From the human T2T-CHM13v2.0 reference genome, Homo sapiens, in the NCBI RefSeq assembly GCF_009914755.1, contig NC_060932.1: 64,000 nucleotides of DNA; one strand, written 5' to 3'. A program made the translations under genes and the position numbers. This document shows positions 13,103-28,168 of this stretch, piece after piece. Position 1 is the stretch's first letter. Each line of letters opens with the position of its first letter. Below the pieces are notes generated by a model, which ran no database searches, was not told the DNA's origin, and was given only the letters and a program-made list of their open reading frames with translations.

Positions 13103-13493
13103 TGTGCTAGTCTGAATAAGTCCACTCTCACACTGCTATAAAGACATACTAGAGATCAGAAAATTTATAAAGAAAAGCAGTTTAATCAACTGATGGTTGT
13201 GTGGGCTGTACAGTCTTCTGCTTCTGGGAGACTTCAGGAAACTTACAATCATGGCAGAAGGTGAAAGGGAAGCTGGAATATCTTCACATGGCCAGCAGGA
13301 GAGAGAGAAAGAGAGAAGGAGGAGTTGCTATACACTTTCAAACAACCAGTTCTCATGAGAACTCTATCAAGAGAACAGAAAGGGGGAAGTCTGCTTCCAT
13401 GATTCAATTGCCTCCCACCAGGCCCCTCCTCCAACACTGGGAATTACAATTTGACATGAGACTTGGGTGGGGACACAGAGCCAAACTACATCA
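13103..13493 (-). mobile_element. MSTA-type MaLR solo LTR
   Basis: + strand reads CTCACACTGCTATAAAGA...CAGGAAACTTACAATCATGGCAGAAGGTGAA...TTGGGTGGGGACACAGAGCCAAACTACATCA, the reverse complement of an MST LTR. Confidence 0.92.
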
Positions 13494-16065
13494 TAGCCTT
13501 AAAACCTGAATTAGTAGATCCAGGTAGATCCAAACACGAAAATTCCTTTGAGACTTTTTAAGACAACTTTATAAGTTTCTACCTAAAAAGAAGCAGCAAA
13601 AGAGAGAAAGTGTGTCAATGCCCTTCCTCACTGTCTGGACCTGTTAATATTTAGGAATCTTGAGACCCCTATATTCATGATAGTATATAGGCATATACCA
13701 TATATGTATATTATATTGATATATAAAAGTATAGATAATAAAAAAATTAAATCACTTGTTTTTTCATGTTGCATACCCAATAGCATCAGCTAAGTTTAGC
13801 ACAAAGCCCCTTTACTTACTTATAAATTTTGACCTTTAAAGAGTATATCTACCATAATAAAAAAAGAAATACTAAAACAACGAATAAAGCGTTTTCTTGT
13901 CCCTACTACTAGAAAATTGTTTTAGTGGAAAGTGATGAACAAGTAAGTTCATAGTAACCATTTGCCATTTAATTGTGATCTTTTTTGCAAACATACCTAT
14001 CAATACCAAGAAATAAATATGCTTAGCATAATTTACATGGTTTCTTTCTCAAAGCGAGATGCAGAGCTGAGTCAGAAGCATTTCCATTATACCAAGTGAA
14101 GTTCACTTAAAGGAATATAATGGCCATAACCCTGGTAAATTACTACTTCTGACAGAGTAATTAGGCAAAAAGACACAAGGAAATATTTTCCTTTTTTCAG
14201 CATTTTATGAAGGTAGGAAAACAAAAATTTGTCTGGGGACTCTTGGTGTCCTTCAAAAGACAAACTGCCAAGCTTGGAGGTGACAGGAAACTGTAGAGTT
14301 CAAGCCCATTTTGGAGATGCTCCCAACTGTCAGCTTCAGGAGAGACGTGATGTAGTCTCTGATAAGAATAACGGATTTGGCTCATTACCTACTGAAAACA
14401 TTCTGTTGTGAGATGGAGTATCCTCAAAGCAACAGGAAAATTTTCAACTTCCTTTAACATTGGCAAGGAGGCGGTTGGTGATGTGAATACCTATTACCCA
14501 TGGGTACTAAAAATGATCAAACATAAAAGCCATTTTCTAGAGGATTACCTAGTTTTTAAATCAACCATAAAAATTCAGGTCAGCCTTCCAAGAGAGGCAA
14601 CTAATATCAACAAACACCCATTGAAATGAATCATGGAATCATTCTCTTCTACAGTAACTTCCGTGAATGAAAGAAAGAAAATGACATGGTGACCTTTCAG
14701 AGTTTCAGTCCTTTTCTGTCCTGTATGAATTGCCACACAGGTTTTTGCTTCTTTGATAAATAGTCTTCAAGTCACCATTTAAAATATGCAATGCATTCCT
14801 AGAAATACCCTCATCAAAATTCAGTGTGATAAGATTGTAAGATAGTTTCCTAGATAGAAATAGATGAGAATTTCAAAAGTTGTCTGCTAAAATCCAAAAA
14901 TAGCAAATTGAAAGTTCTAGCTCAGACTTTATATACCCATTTAGTAATGGGAATGATTCTGCTTAGGTACTATTTCTGACACAGTGACTATAATTTTATC
15001 CCACTCATTTAATGAATTTATGCACATTAAAATAAGAGCTTTTTGATTAAATTCATTAAGCTCAATTTGCATTTTAAAGTAGTAGTTTCAGGCATAAGAT
15101 AACAGTGAATCTAAAAGACAACTGGTAAAGGCACTTGAGGAATATGCCTCTATTATTTGGATGAGCTGGTTTTCTTCTTGTTTTTAATAAATTAACACAC
15201 CAGAGTTTCCAGGAAACTCTATATTCCTGAATGTGATTGAATTGTAAGTCAATCACAAGTCACTTACACTAGCAAAAGTTACACATATTAGCAAATAAAT
15301 ATTTTTATGTGTAAATTGCCTGCTTCTAAAGGGATAAAAACAAAGTTTTTGTCTTCTTTCAAATTGAAAGAGTCTTAGAAATCTTGCTGGTACTGTAAAT
15401 TTACTTAGTAAATCAGCTTTCACAACAATAAGAAAAGAGAAAGATGTTGAAGCAGATACTTATGAGTTCTAAATTTCAAGTTAATATGTCCTAAATTCCA
15501 CAGAATCAATGCTTCACTTTCAGAAGCCACTTTAAATAAATGGGCTACAAAGTTTCTGAAATCTAAGGCAAACCAAGATTGTCTTCAGTATCTTTCATTT
15601 CTTCATTTTCTGGACCCCATTAACAATCATGTAATTAACAATCACAAAGTCAACCAGAGATCACTTTGCAATGGAGCAGATTAATTTTCTGTAACATATT
15701 TCCATCTACTGCTGTGCTCTGGGTTCACTTGTCAGCTGAATGGTGTGCAACGAAAATGTTGCAGTCAGCACAGACACTGAACGGTTAGGAAAAATTTATC
15801 TATATCAACCCTCCTTTATTTTGTTTGCATAATTTTCCTTTTATACTTCTATGTTAGTGATTTACTGTTACATAATAAATGATTCCAAAACTTAATAGCA
15901 TAAAGCTGGGGCCAGCAAACTTCTGTAAAGGGCCAGATAATAAATATTATTAGGCTTTGGAAACCGCAAGAGAGGCAAAATTAAAATTAAATACTTACAT
16001 ACTTATATAACAATAGAAAAAACATATTTCCACAAAATTTTGTTAACAAAATTAGGAAATATAAC

Positions 16066-16463
16066 TTGCACTCACGTCTGTGTGAAGAGACCACCAAACA
16101 GGCTTTGTGTGAGCAATAAAGCTTTTTAATCACCTGGGTGCAGGTGGGCTGAGTCTGAAAAGAGAGTCAGCAAAGGGAGATAGGGGTGGGGCCGTTTTAT
16201 AAGATTTGGGTAGGTAGTGCAAAATTACAGTCAAAGGGGGTTGTTCTCTGACTGGCAGAGGTGGGTGGTCACAACGTGCTCAGTGGGGGAGCTTTTGAGC
16301 CAAGATGAGCAAGGAGAAGGAATTTCACAAGGTAATGTCATCAGTTAAGGCAGGGACCGGCCATTTTCACTTCTGTGATTCTTCACTTGCTTCAGGCCAT
16401 CTGGACATATACATGCAGGTCACAGAGGATACGATGGCTTAGCTTGGGCTCAGAGGCCTGACA
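16066..16463 (-). mobile_element. LTR7-family (HERV-H) solo LTR
   Basis: Minus strand starts TGTCAGGCCTCTGAGCCCAAGCTAAGCCATC and ends ...TCTCTTCACACAGACGTGAGTGCAA; perfect 5-bp TSD ATAAC (16061-16065, 16464-16468). Confidence 0.96.
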
Positions 16464-16487
16464 ATAACAATAATAGCTGAATACATC

Positions 16488-16836
16488 TGCTATGGTCTGA
16501 ATGTTTGTGTGTTCCCAAAATTCATATGTCAAAATCCTAACCTCCACAGTGATGATATTAGGAAATGGGACCATTTGGGAGGTGATTAGGTCATAAGGGC
16601 AGAGCCATCATGACTGAGATTAGTGCCCTTATAAAAGAGCCCCAGAGAGCTGTCTTGCCCCTTCCACTAAGTCAGGTTACAATGAGAAGACATCTGTCTA
16701 TGAAGGAAAAGGCCTTCACACCAGACACTGAATCTGCTAGTACCTTGACCTTGGACTTCTCAGCCTCCAGAACTGTGACAAATAAATTTCCGTTGTTTAT
16801 GGTATTTTGTCATAGCAGCCTGACTAGACTAAGATA
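16488..16836 (+). mobile_element. MLT1A-type MaLR solo LTR
   Basis: TGCTATGGTCTGAATGTTTGTGT...CTTGGACTTCTCAGCCTCCAGAACTGTGACAAATAAATTTC...CATAGCAGCCTGACTAGACTAAGATA. Confidence 0.92.
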
Positions 16837-17089
16837 ATATAGTTTTTTTGGAATATGGTTCTATAAATGAGAAGAATGAAACAGTTTTGTCTTTTTTGAT
16901 TAATGGGGATCAAGGTTGAAATTGCCTATCATTATAGTAGAAACATGGCCTCATTCTTCAGCAAAGCTTTCACTTGCTTCTCTGAAACATAGTGTCCTTT
17001 TTGGAAATTACCAGAATGTGTTGCCTGAATCTCTGCATTTGGCACCTATGCACTCCTCTCAATCTGCTGGACAATTTATCAAATGGATA

Positions 17090-17318
17090 AGTAGGTTAAA
17101 AGAACAGACCGGGGTAAGCCTGCTTGGGTTTGAATTCTAGCTGCACTACTCATTAAATGTGTGATCTTTGACTACTCACTGAACCTATTTAGTAACATCA
17201 TTTTTTCCACCATAAAATGAGTAACAGTATCATAGAGTTGTTGTAAAGATTAAATGCGCTAATAAATGCAAAGTTTTAGAACAGTGTGGAACATATTACA
17301 AATCACTCGATATAAATG
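17090..17318 (+). mobile_element. MIR SINE
   Basis: GGGTTTGAATTCTAGCT...TGTGTGATCTTTG...ATAAAATG...CATAGAGTTGTTGTAAAGATTAAATG...AGAACAGTG. Confidence 0.8.
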
Positions 17319-18569
17319 CTTTTCTTTGATTTGTTTCCCCAACCATTTAAAGAAATAAAACCATGCTTAGCTTGCTGGCTGTACAAAAACAGTCTGCAAG
17401 CCAGATTTGACCGTAATCCATAGTTTGCAAACCCCCTTTCTTAAAGCTGCAACAATTTATTACTTCTTACTACTCTGTGGGTTGTCTGGGTGGTTTCTGT
17501 ACTGATGTTGCCTAGGCTGGGTCATGCTGCAGCATTCGGCTAGAGGCTTGGCTGGGCAGGCTCATCTTAGAAGGCCTGTTTTACAAATTCAAAAGCATCC
17601 TAGTTCTCCTCCATGAAGCCTCTCAACCTTCATTAGGCTGGACTATCAATAGCAGTTTCAAAGTCATCTTCCAAGAAGAGGAAGGAATGCTGCAAGTTCA
17701 CTTGAGGCATAAAGTATAAAACTAACATCATTTCTGCTAAAGTCACAAGGCCAGCCCAGATTTTAGGCATGGAAAGGCAGACTCTATCACTTTATGGAAG
17801 GAGCTACAAAATACTGTGTGGCCTTATTTTTTCCATCTACCACAACTTCCCCCTACACCAAGACTATCTAAACCCAAGAAACTATTGACTAGGTGTTAAC
17901 ATCAAAAGAAGCCACTCTCTGCACCTTGACACCCAGTTGTACTTACTGTAGAACGTGGTTGATCTCCCTTGCACCATAATTATCAGTGTACAAGACTTAA
18001 TTGCTCTCCTAGATTGTGATGCCTTTGAGGAAAGGTGTCATGTATCCTTCAAATGAGACCACAGATTAAAAACTGTTCTGGAAGCTGCAAAGCATTCTAG
18101 AAATACAAGATATTTTAATGACTATTGTCATAGTCCTTGCATTACTAGCATTTGACAATGCCTCTTCTTAGCTAATGTGAATAATTATTTGCTTCTGGCT
18201 ATTTGTGGTTGGCAGTTTCAAATATCAGAGTTTATATATACCAATGAGTAATATTTTCCTCAACAAATATTTTGTTTTCAAATTATTTGGGAATGGAGGG
18301 CAAGGGAAAGATAATAAATTTCAGCTATTAACTATTTTACTAAAACTATTTCTTGAGAACCTATATGCTAGGCGCTATGCTAACGTGGAAAATACAAAAT
18401 TTATTTTGTGTGTGTGTCTCCTGGAAGAGTGAAAGTTCAGCAGCAGTAGGGTTAGAAGAAGATAAAACTGTAATCCCAAAATTTGATGTAACACAATAAG
18501 TTTAATAATGCAGATTTGATACATCCTTTCTTTCTTACCCCCATTGTTCTTTTTAACTTTAGTTCTTAA

Positions 18570-19325
18570 ATATCTCACAACATGTACTTTCTCTCCCTCT
18601 CAGCGGCCATCATACTAGTGCAAACTTCCCTAGGCTTTTTGCAATAACATTCCATTTATTCAGTGTCACCCCTGAACCCGCCAATCCATTCTCCTCTACT
18701 CTGCAATCTAAATCACTTTTAAAGATGGAAATCTGATTAAAACATCCCTACTTAAACGTTTTTGAGTGCTTCACCTCGTTTTTAGAATAAAGATAAAATC
18801 TTCCAAAATATCCTCCTTCATTCCCCTTCTCCTTTGCACTATGCCCTCCAATAATATGAAACATCTTTTGGTTCTTCAAACTCATTGATAATCCCTTTGC
18901 CAAAAAAGCATTCTTTAGATCTCAGTTTAAGTGTCACTTCTAAGAAATCTCTGATCCACTAAACCAAGGTAAGTGTTTCTGCCATCCTATGTCATTGCAT
19001 GTGTCAAATTCTACATTGTTTAATAATCTTCCCCAGGAAAAGAGCAGTCTCTTTCTTGCTTGCCATCAGGGCTGGCTTCTTGGGCATGCAAACTGTGCAG
19101 TAACACAGAACTCTACACTCAGAAGACTCCTGCCTTCGTTTTAATTATCTGCTGTCCCTGCATTAAAATCATTGATACATTTTGAGCAAAGAGTGCCACA
19201 TTTCTATTTTTCACTGGGTCCTGCAAATTGCATAACTGATTCTGCTTGTCATTTTATCTACAGCTTTTAACACAGCGCCTAAAACATAATAGGCACTTAA
19301 TAAATGTGTATATAGGTTGAATAGA
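18570..19325 (+). mobile_element. L2 LINE fragments (interrupted by MER45A)
   Basis: CCAATCCATTCTCC...TTTAGATCTCAGTTTAAGTGTCACTTC...ACAGCGCCTAAAACATAATAGGCACTTAATAAATG L2 3' end. Confidence 0.65.
19067..19244. mobile_element. MER45A (hAT-Tip100) MITE
   Basis: CAGGGCTGGCTTCTTGGGCATGCAA...TTTTCACTGGGTCCTGCAAATT...CTG; 8-bp TSD CTTGCCAT/CTTGTCAT. Confidence 0.85.
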
Positions 19326-20613
19326 AAATCAACTGAACTACTCATCTTTCAACTACTTTTATTCCTTTGGAAATACAACATCCTGTAGCATTAATTGATT
19401 TAGTCATTAATTAACAAGTTTATACTATTAACCATATTTCAAATCTTAAAAATACAGGTTACATCATCAACTACTGCATGGTGTGTTTTCTGTTTTTCCC
19501 TGCTTCTCTATGTTGACTTGCTGATCTCCCTAAAGCCATTTCCCCCTACCTAAGCCCACATAGCAATAGAAACAAAAATTTGAAGGTGTCATTAGCATAA
19601 GTGAGTAATAGATTAAATGCAAATTTTCAGAGGTAGATTTTTCTTCCCAAAGACTGAATAAAACTGGAGCTGGAGAAAAGATGAAGAAAAAAGTTGTTTC
19701 TTTGCTTGGGAAAAAGGAATGAAGGGAGTGGAGACCTGAAAGTGGAAAGAGGATAAAGGACCTTCTCTCTGAAAGATCATGAAGAACCTGGAAAGGATTT
19801 AGTGCCAAGCTGTTCTAAACTCTGCAACCTGTAAAACCTACAGGATTTAAAGGTGGAAGTAGAGAAGTGGAGACAGACTGCTTTATGTGGATGAGAATCT
19901 GAAGGAAGAAACTTACTTCTGGACAAAGTAGAGAACAGAATAGAACAATTAAGGAAACAATTAGGGAAATTTTATATAACCTGGGTAAATAGTGGCCACA
20001 CTGCCACTATTGATGAAAAGACTTAGCCTTTTCACTCAAGCTCTAGAACTGTGTCAAGTGTAGTCTGTGGACAGCTGCCCATCCATGGTTTGTTACTGGT
20101 TCAGGATAACATAAGGGTCTTGTGCCAGATGTAAATCAGCAACATCAATAAGCACATTCCTTATCTGAGCAAAGTCTTTTTTTAAAGAAAGACTTTCTCA
20201 ATGAAGGGAGCACTTATATTCATGTGCAAACTTCTTAACACATCCATACTGGTAACAAACACCTTAGAAATCTGCTGCATTTGATTAGCACAAGTCTAGA
20301 AAACCATAGACTTTGCTGGGTACCTTCTTTCTAGATTCTACTTGGAACATAGCCATTGATTGCCCAAGCAATTTTTCTTTGTCTATGTCTCTTTTATTGC
20401 TAATCAACCTGCATTTATGATTGGCATAGCTCTCTTTAGAAATCTTACACTGAATCAGGTTGTACCATAAATACTGATTTTTTATTTAATATTGTGCTGC
20501 TTTTTTTTGTTCCAATACACTACGTATTGATTTTTCAGTTTAACTGCTTGAAGGCAAACTTTCTCTATGATCAAGTGTTTAAATATGAATGTGTGTATGT
20601 ACACATATGGAGG

Positions 20614-23788
<3,175 letters not shown>

Positions 23789-23789
23789 G

Positions 23790-24298
23790 AGCAGACTGTA
23801 CTTTTATTCACTCATTTCTGGTCTCTCTACCAGAAGGATTAAACTCTCCTCGACCATTTATGTCAGATTCATGTGACTTCAATTAGATGATAACATTTGA
23901 ACAATAAGGGATATTACTTTCAGTTAAAAGCTTTAAGAGACCTGCCCAAATCTTGCCATACTCTTTTATCCTCCGTCTGTAAATAAGCAAATAGTAGACA
24001 TTTTAGACTTTGTAGGTAACATATAGTTTCTACTGGTTATTTGTCTTTTTAAACCCTAACCATTAAAAAGCAATCCTTAGCTTATTGGCCATACAAAAGC
24101 ATGTGGCAGGCTATATTTCACCACAAAGTTTGACAAACTCTGTCCTAGATAGTGACTGTGAAGAATGATGGCATGGAAGAGAAATCTCAGGGGCTCATGA
24201 ACATGTGGCGTGAGCAATAAGTAAAGCTTTCTTGTGATGGGCCACTGAGATTTCAGCATCATTTGTTACTGTATAACCTAACCTATACCAACAGACAC
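23790..24298 (+). mobile_element. Old MLT1 LTR remnant with inserted MER58-like piece (~23975-24142)
   Basis: MLT1 tail CCACTGAGATTT...TTTGTTACTGTATAACCTAACCTAT; MER58 CTGTAAA...ATAGTAGACATTTTAGACTTTGTAGG...AGTTTGACAAACTCTG. Confidence 0.6.
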
Positions 24299-24459
24299 CA
24301 AATCCTGAAAAACTCAACCTGGAGAAATTCAGAAAGATTTTTATCAAATGTGACATTTTAGCTAAATCTTGAAAGATGTGCAACATTTTGCCAAGGTGAG
24401 AAAAGGAGATAGGCATTTAAACAGAGAATACAGGTTGGAAAAATATCTGAATACCTCGT

Positions 24460-24473
24460 ATGTGTGTGTGTGT

Positions 24474-24526
<53 letters not shown>
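24460..24526. repeat. (TG)n microsatellite
   Basis: About 33 TG units with two interruptions. Confidence 0.97.
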
Positions 24527-24527
<1 letters not shown>

Positions 24528-24739
24528 TGGAGGCGGAAAAAGCCAGGTGGGAATGCTGCCTGAGGGGGCAGCATAACTGTATTATTGTTTGAGGATGCAA
24601 GTGTGCTTTATAAAAGCCTATCACTCACATGTATTTGTAGAAGTTGTATCCATTCATTGAAAAAAGTCATAACAGGGAATAACCAATGCTGCAATCTAAA
24701 GGGAAAAAAGTTATCTAAGTCAATTTTGTAGAAGCTAAA

Positions 24740-26517
24740 TATCTAAGAAAATACCTGCATCAAAACAAGTAGGGAAAGCTAAGACACACTCGCACCACAA
24801 AACCCACCCCAGGCACAGTATCTTACATTTCAGAGGGAACCCCTACTCCCTGCTTTTCACTGAGAAGTGGAGGGTTTGTATCAGACATATAGTGCCCCAA
24901 CTTTTCCAGCTCTTATCTAAGAGACTGGCTCATAAATCACCTATCTCTGAGAGAGGAGAGTGCTCAGCATTCCAAGGTCCCTCAGGACCAAAGAGAGCAA
25001 AGAGGTGGTTTTAAATGGGTGTGGGAGTGCTCCTTCCTGCAATGCCCCCAGGCTCAGAGCAGAATGAACAGACAAAGAACCTCCTAGTTTCTCCCTGAAA
25101 TAGGGTTGACTGCACACCTTCCCAGCTGCTGTCTGAGAATCAGGCCTGTAACTAGCTTGCATCTGGCAGCCACCAAGGCAAAGAATTATTGAGACCTTGA
25201 GGAGCCTGAATGAACAAATATGTAGGCACTTCTTATGCCCCACTCCCAGGTTGATTCAGCAATAAAACCAAGTCTCTAGCCTCTCCTGGGAAGAGTTGGT
25301 CCACGCACTGAGTGTCTCAACTTTTATAGCTTCCACTTGAGGGGCTGTCTCCTAACCCACCTAGCTCTGGGTGCAGACAGACTTCAGCATTTGCAAGACC
25401 TCAGGATCGCAGAGAATAGACAGGCATTTATTAATGGGCATAGGAACACTATCAGCAGCTATTTTCCCTAGCTCAGGACAGAGCAAGCAGGCAAAAATAC
25501 CCAGTTCACAGTTCCTGACAGGAAGGGATTTGACCACACACCTAATATCTCAACTTTCCCACCTGCTGCCCATGGGTCAGACTTTTAATCAGGCTGCATC
25601 CAGGTGTTAATAGGGCAGGCCCTTAGTAGTCCTTTGGGAACCTGAATGGTCATGTGTGTACTTTCTACAGCTCCTCCCCCTGGCTCACCCCAGAAACAGA
25701 ATCTAGCCTTCAGCTAACCTGCTTGTCTCTAAGAGCTGATGGGACTCAGCCTTCACTAGGCCCCTTGGGATAACAAAGAGCAAAGCAATGGGTTCAGGGA
25801 ACATTAGCCACAGATTATTTGTCCAGCTTAGTGCAGAGTAAGTGGTAGATAAACTCCAGCTCCTGGCTTATCCCCAAAGAGAGAAGGAACTCGGCCACAC
25901 ACCTAACACCTCAACTTCTATAGCTTCATCTTGTGGTACTGGCTTCTATCTTACCTGCCTTAGGGCACTGATGGGACTTGGCACAGCCTACTCTCCTGGA
26001 GAGCTACCAAAAACAAAGGCAGTGGTTTGGACAAGCACAAAGGATTAAGCAGCACTCAGGGTGCATGGCTGGGCTTGATCGTGATGTTCAGCTCTTATAC
26101 AGGGCCAGTCTGACAAGGCTGAAAAAGGTGGCTGTTTTCTCTAATGCATAGAGAATCAAGAAAAATAAAGAGACAGAGAAATATGCTCCAAACAAAAGAA
26201 CCAGATAAACCCTTAATAACTGACCCTAATGAAATATAAGTAATTAATTTAGCCAATAGAAAGTTCAAATTATCAGTCATAAGCATATTCACTGAGGTCA
26301 GGAAAGCAATGCATGGACAAAGATAATTTTAACAAAGGGATAGAAAATATTTAAAAGTACCAAACAGAAATTATTAAGCTAAAGAATATAATAATTGAAC
26401 TAGAAAATTCAACAATAAATAAAAAGGAAGAAGGGACCAGAAAATTCAAAGAAAGGACATTGGAAATCATCCAATAAGACAGGCAAAAAGAAAAAGAAAT
26501 TTGAAAAGTGAGGATAG
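24740..26517 (+). mobile_element. Ancient L1M 5' UTR and start of ORF1
   Basis: GC-richer region with recurring CAACTT...CACCT...CT monomer-like motifs, leading into A-rich ORF1-like sequence (AATATGCTCCAAACAAAAGAACCAGATAAA...). Left boundary approximate. Confidence 0.7.
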
Positions 26518-28135
26518 TAGTCTTGATTTAGATCATCGTGGTGGACGGGAGGCAGGACTAGACTGCAGCTCTGGACAGATCAGCATTTGGAGGCTTGCAT
26601 TGTGAATTTTAGCTCCAGATCAACTGCAAGAACAAACCAGCAATCCTGAGAGGATCCACAGACCCTTTGAAGGAAATGGATTGCTCCTGCAGAACCCAGG
26701 AGACACCCCAAATACTGTGAGCGCCCCAACTGCAGAAGTGAGAAAGGGAGACCCTCCTCCCCAAAACACACACCCCCACTGGAGAAGCTGAAGTTCTGAT
26801 TGCGGGAGAAGTTTCTGACTTTACGTGGAGCTGAGTCAATTTGGATAGCCCAGTGAAATACAAGGGTAGAGACAGCAGCAGAAAGGCCCTGGGAGCTCGC
26901 TGGGTCCCCTAGTAGGCCATTCCTGCCTGGCACCACAGGGATCCATTGGGAGGGTGTCCAGAGGAGCAGAGGGTAAAACTCCACAGGGAGAAGGAAATCT
27001 TTAGCTGAACTGTGTAACAATTTGAACGGTCAAGAAGACTTGCTGGCTAGAACTTGGGGGAAGCTGCAAATCTGGTGTGCCGACTCTACTGACAGGGGAA
27101 GAACCAAACCCTTTTCTTTCACAGTTGGCAGGTGGGTAGCCTGGGGCAAGTTTTCAAGCCTGTCTCGCCCTATGCCTAGAAACAGACTTGGGGCTGTTTG
27201 GGGAAGCACAGTGGGAGTGAGACCAACTCTTTGGTTTGTGTGGGAACAGGGTGAGGCCTGTGACTGCTGGCTTTCCCCACTTTCCTGACAACCTACATGA
27301 CTCAGCAGAAGCAGCCATAAGCCTCCTAGGTACACAACTCCAGTGACCTGGGAATCTCACCCCCAACCCCCATAGCAGCAGCAGCAAGACCCGACCAAGG
27401 AGAGTCTGAGCTCAGACACGCCTAGCCCCACCCCCACCTGATGGTGGTTCCCTATCCACACTGGTAGCGGAAGACAAAGGGCATATAATCTTGGGAGTTC
27501 TAGGGCCCCACCCACTGCCAATCCCTCTCCATACTACACTACAGCTGATGCTTTCTGGAAAGCACCACCTCCTGGCAGGAGGCCAACCAGCACAAAAATA
27601 GAGCATTAAACCACCAAAGCTAAGAAGCTTAATGGAGTCCATTGCATCCTCCACCACCTCCACTGGAACAGGCACTGGTATCCACAGCTGAGAGACCCAT
27701 AGATGGTTCACATCACAGGACTGTGCAGACAACCCCCAGTACCAGCCTGGAGCCAGGTAGACTTGCTGTGTGGCTAGACCCAGAGGAAAGACAACAATCA
27801 CTGTAGTTCAGCTCACAGGAAGCCACATCCATAGGAAAAGAGGGAGAGTGCTATATCAAGGGAACACCCTGTGGGACAAAAGAATCTGAACAACAGCTTT
27901 GAGTCCTAGACCTTCCCTCTGACAGAGCCTACCAAAATGAAAAGGAACCAGAAAACCAACCCCGGTAATATGACCAAACAACGCTCTTCAACATCCCCCA
28001 AAATCACACTAGTTCACCAGCAATGGATCCAAACGCAGAAGAAATCCCTGATTTACCTGAAAAAGAATTCAGGAGATTGGTTATTAATCAGGGAGGGAAC
28101 AGAGAAAGGCAAAGCCCAATGCAAGGAAATAAACA

Positions 28136-28168
<33 letters not shown>

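Larger units (their letters stand above)
15906..17438. mobile_element. MER58/Cheshire-family hAT element carrying nested repeats
   Basis: TIRs CTGGGGCCAGCAAAC and GTTTGCAAACCCCCTT; MER58 ends (CTGTAAAGGGCCAGATA; GCTGTACAAAAACAG...GCCAGATTTG); degenerate 8-bp TSD GCATAAAG/TCTTAAAG. Confidence 0.75.
15852..17844 (-). mobile_element. Old MLT1 (H/I/J-like) LTR split into 15852-15905 and 17439-17844 by nested insertions
   Basis: TGTTAGT...CCAAAACTTAATAGCATAAAG continues after the insert as CTTAAAG...AATTTATTACTTCT...AAGTCACAAGGCCAGCCCAGATT...TCTACCACA. Confidence 0.7.
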
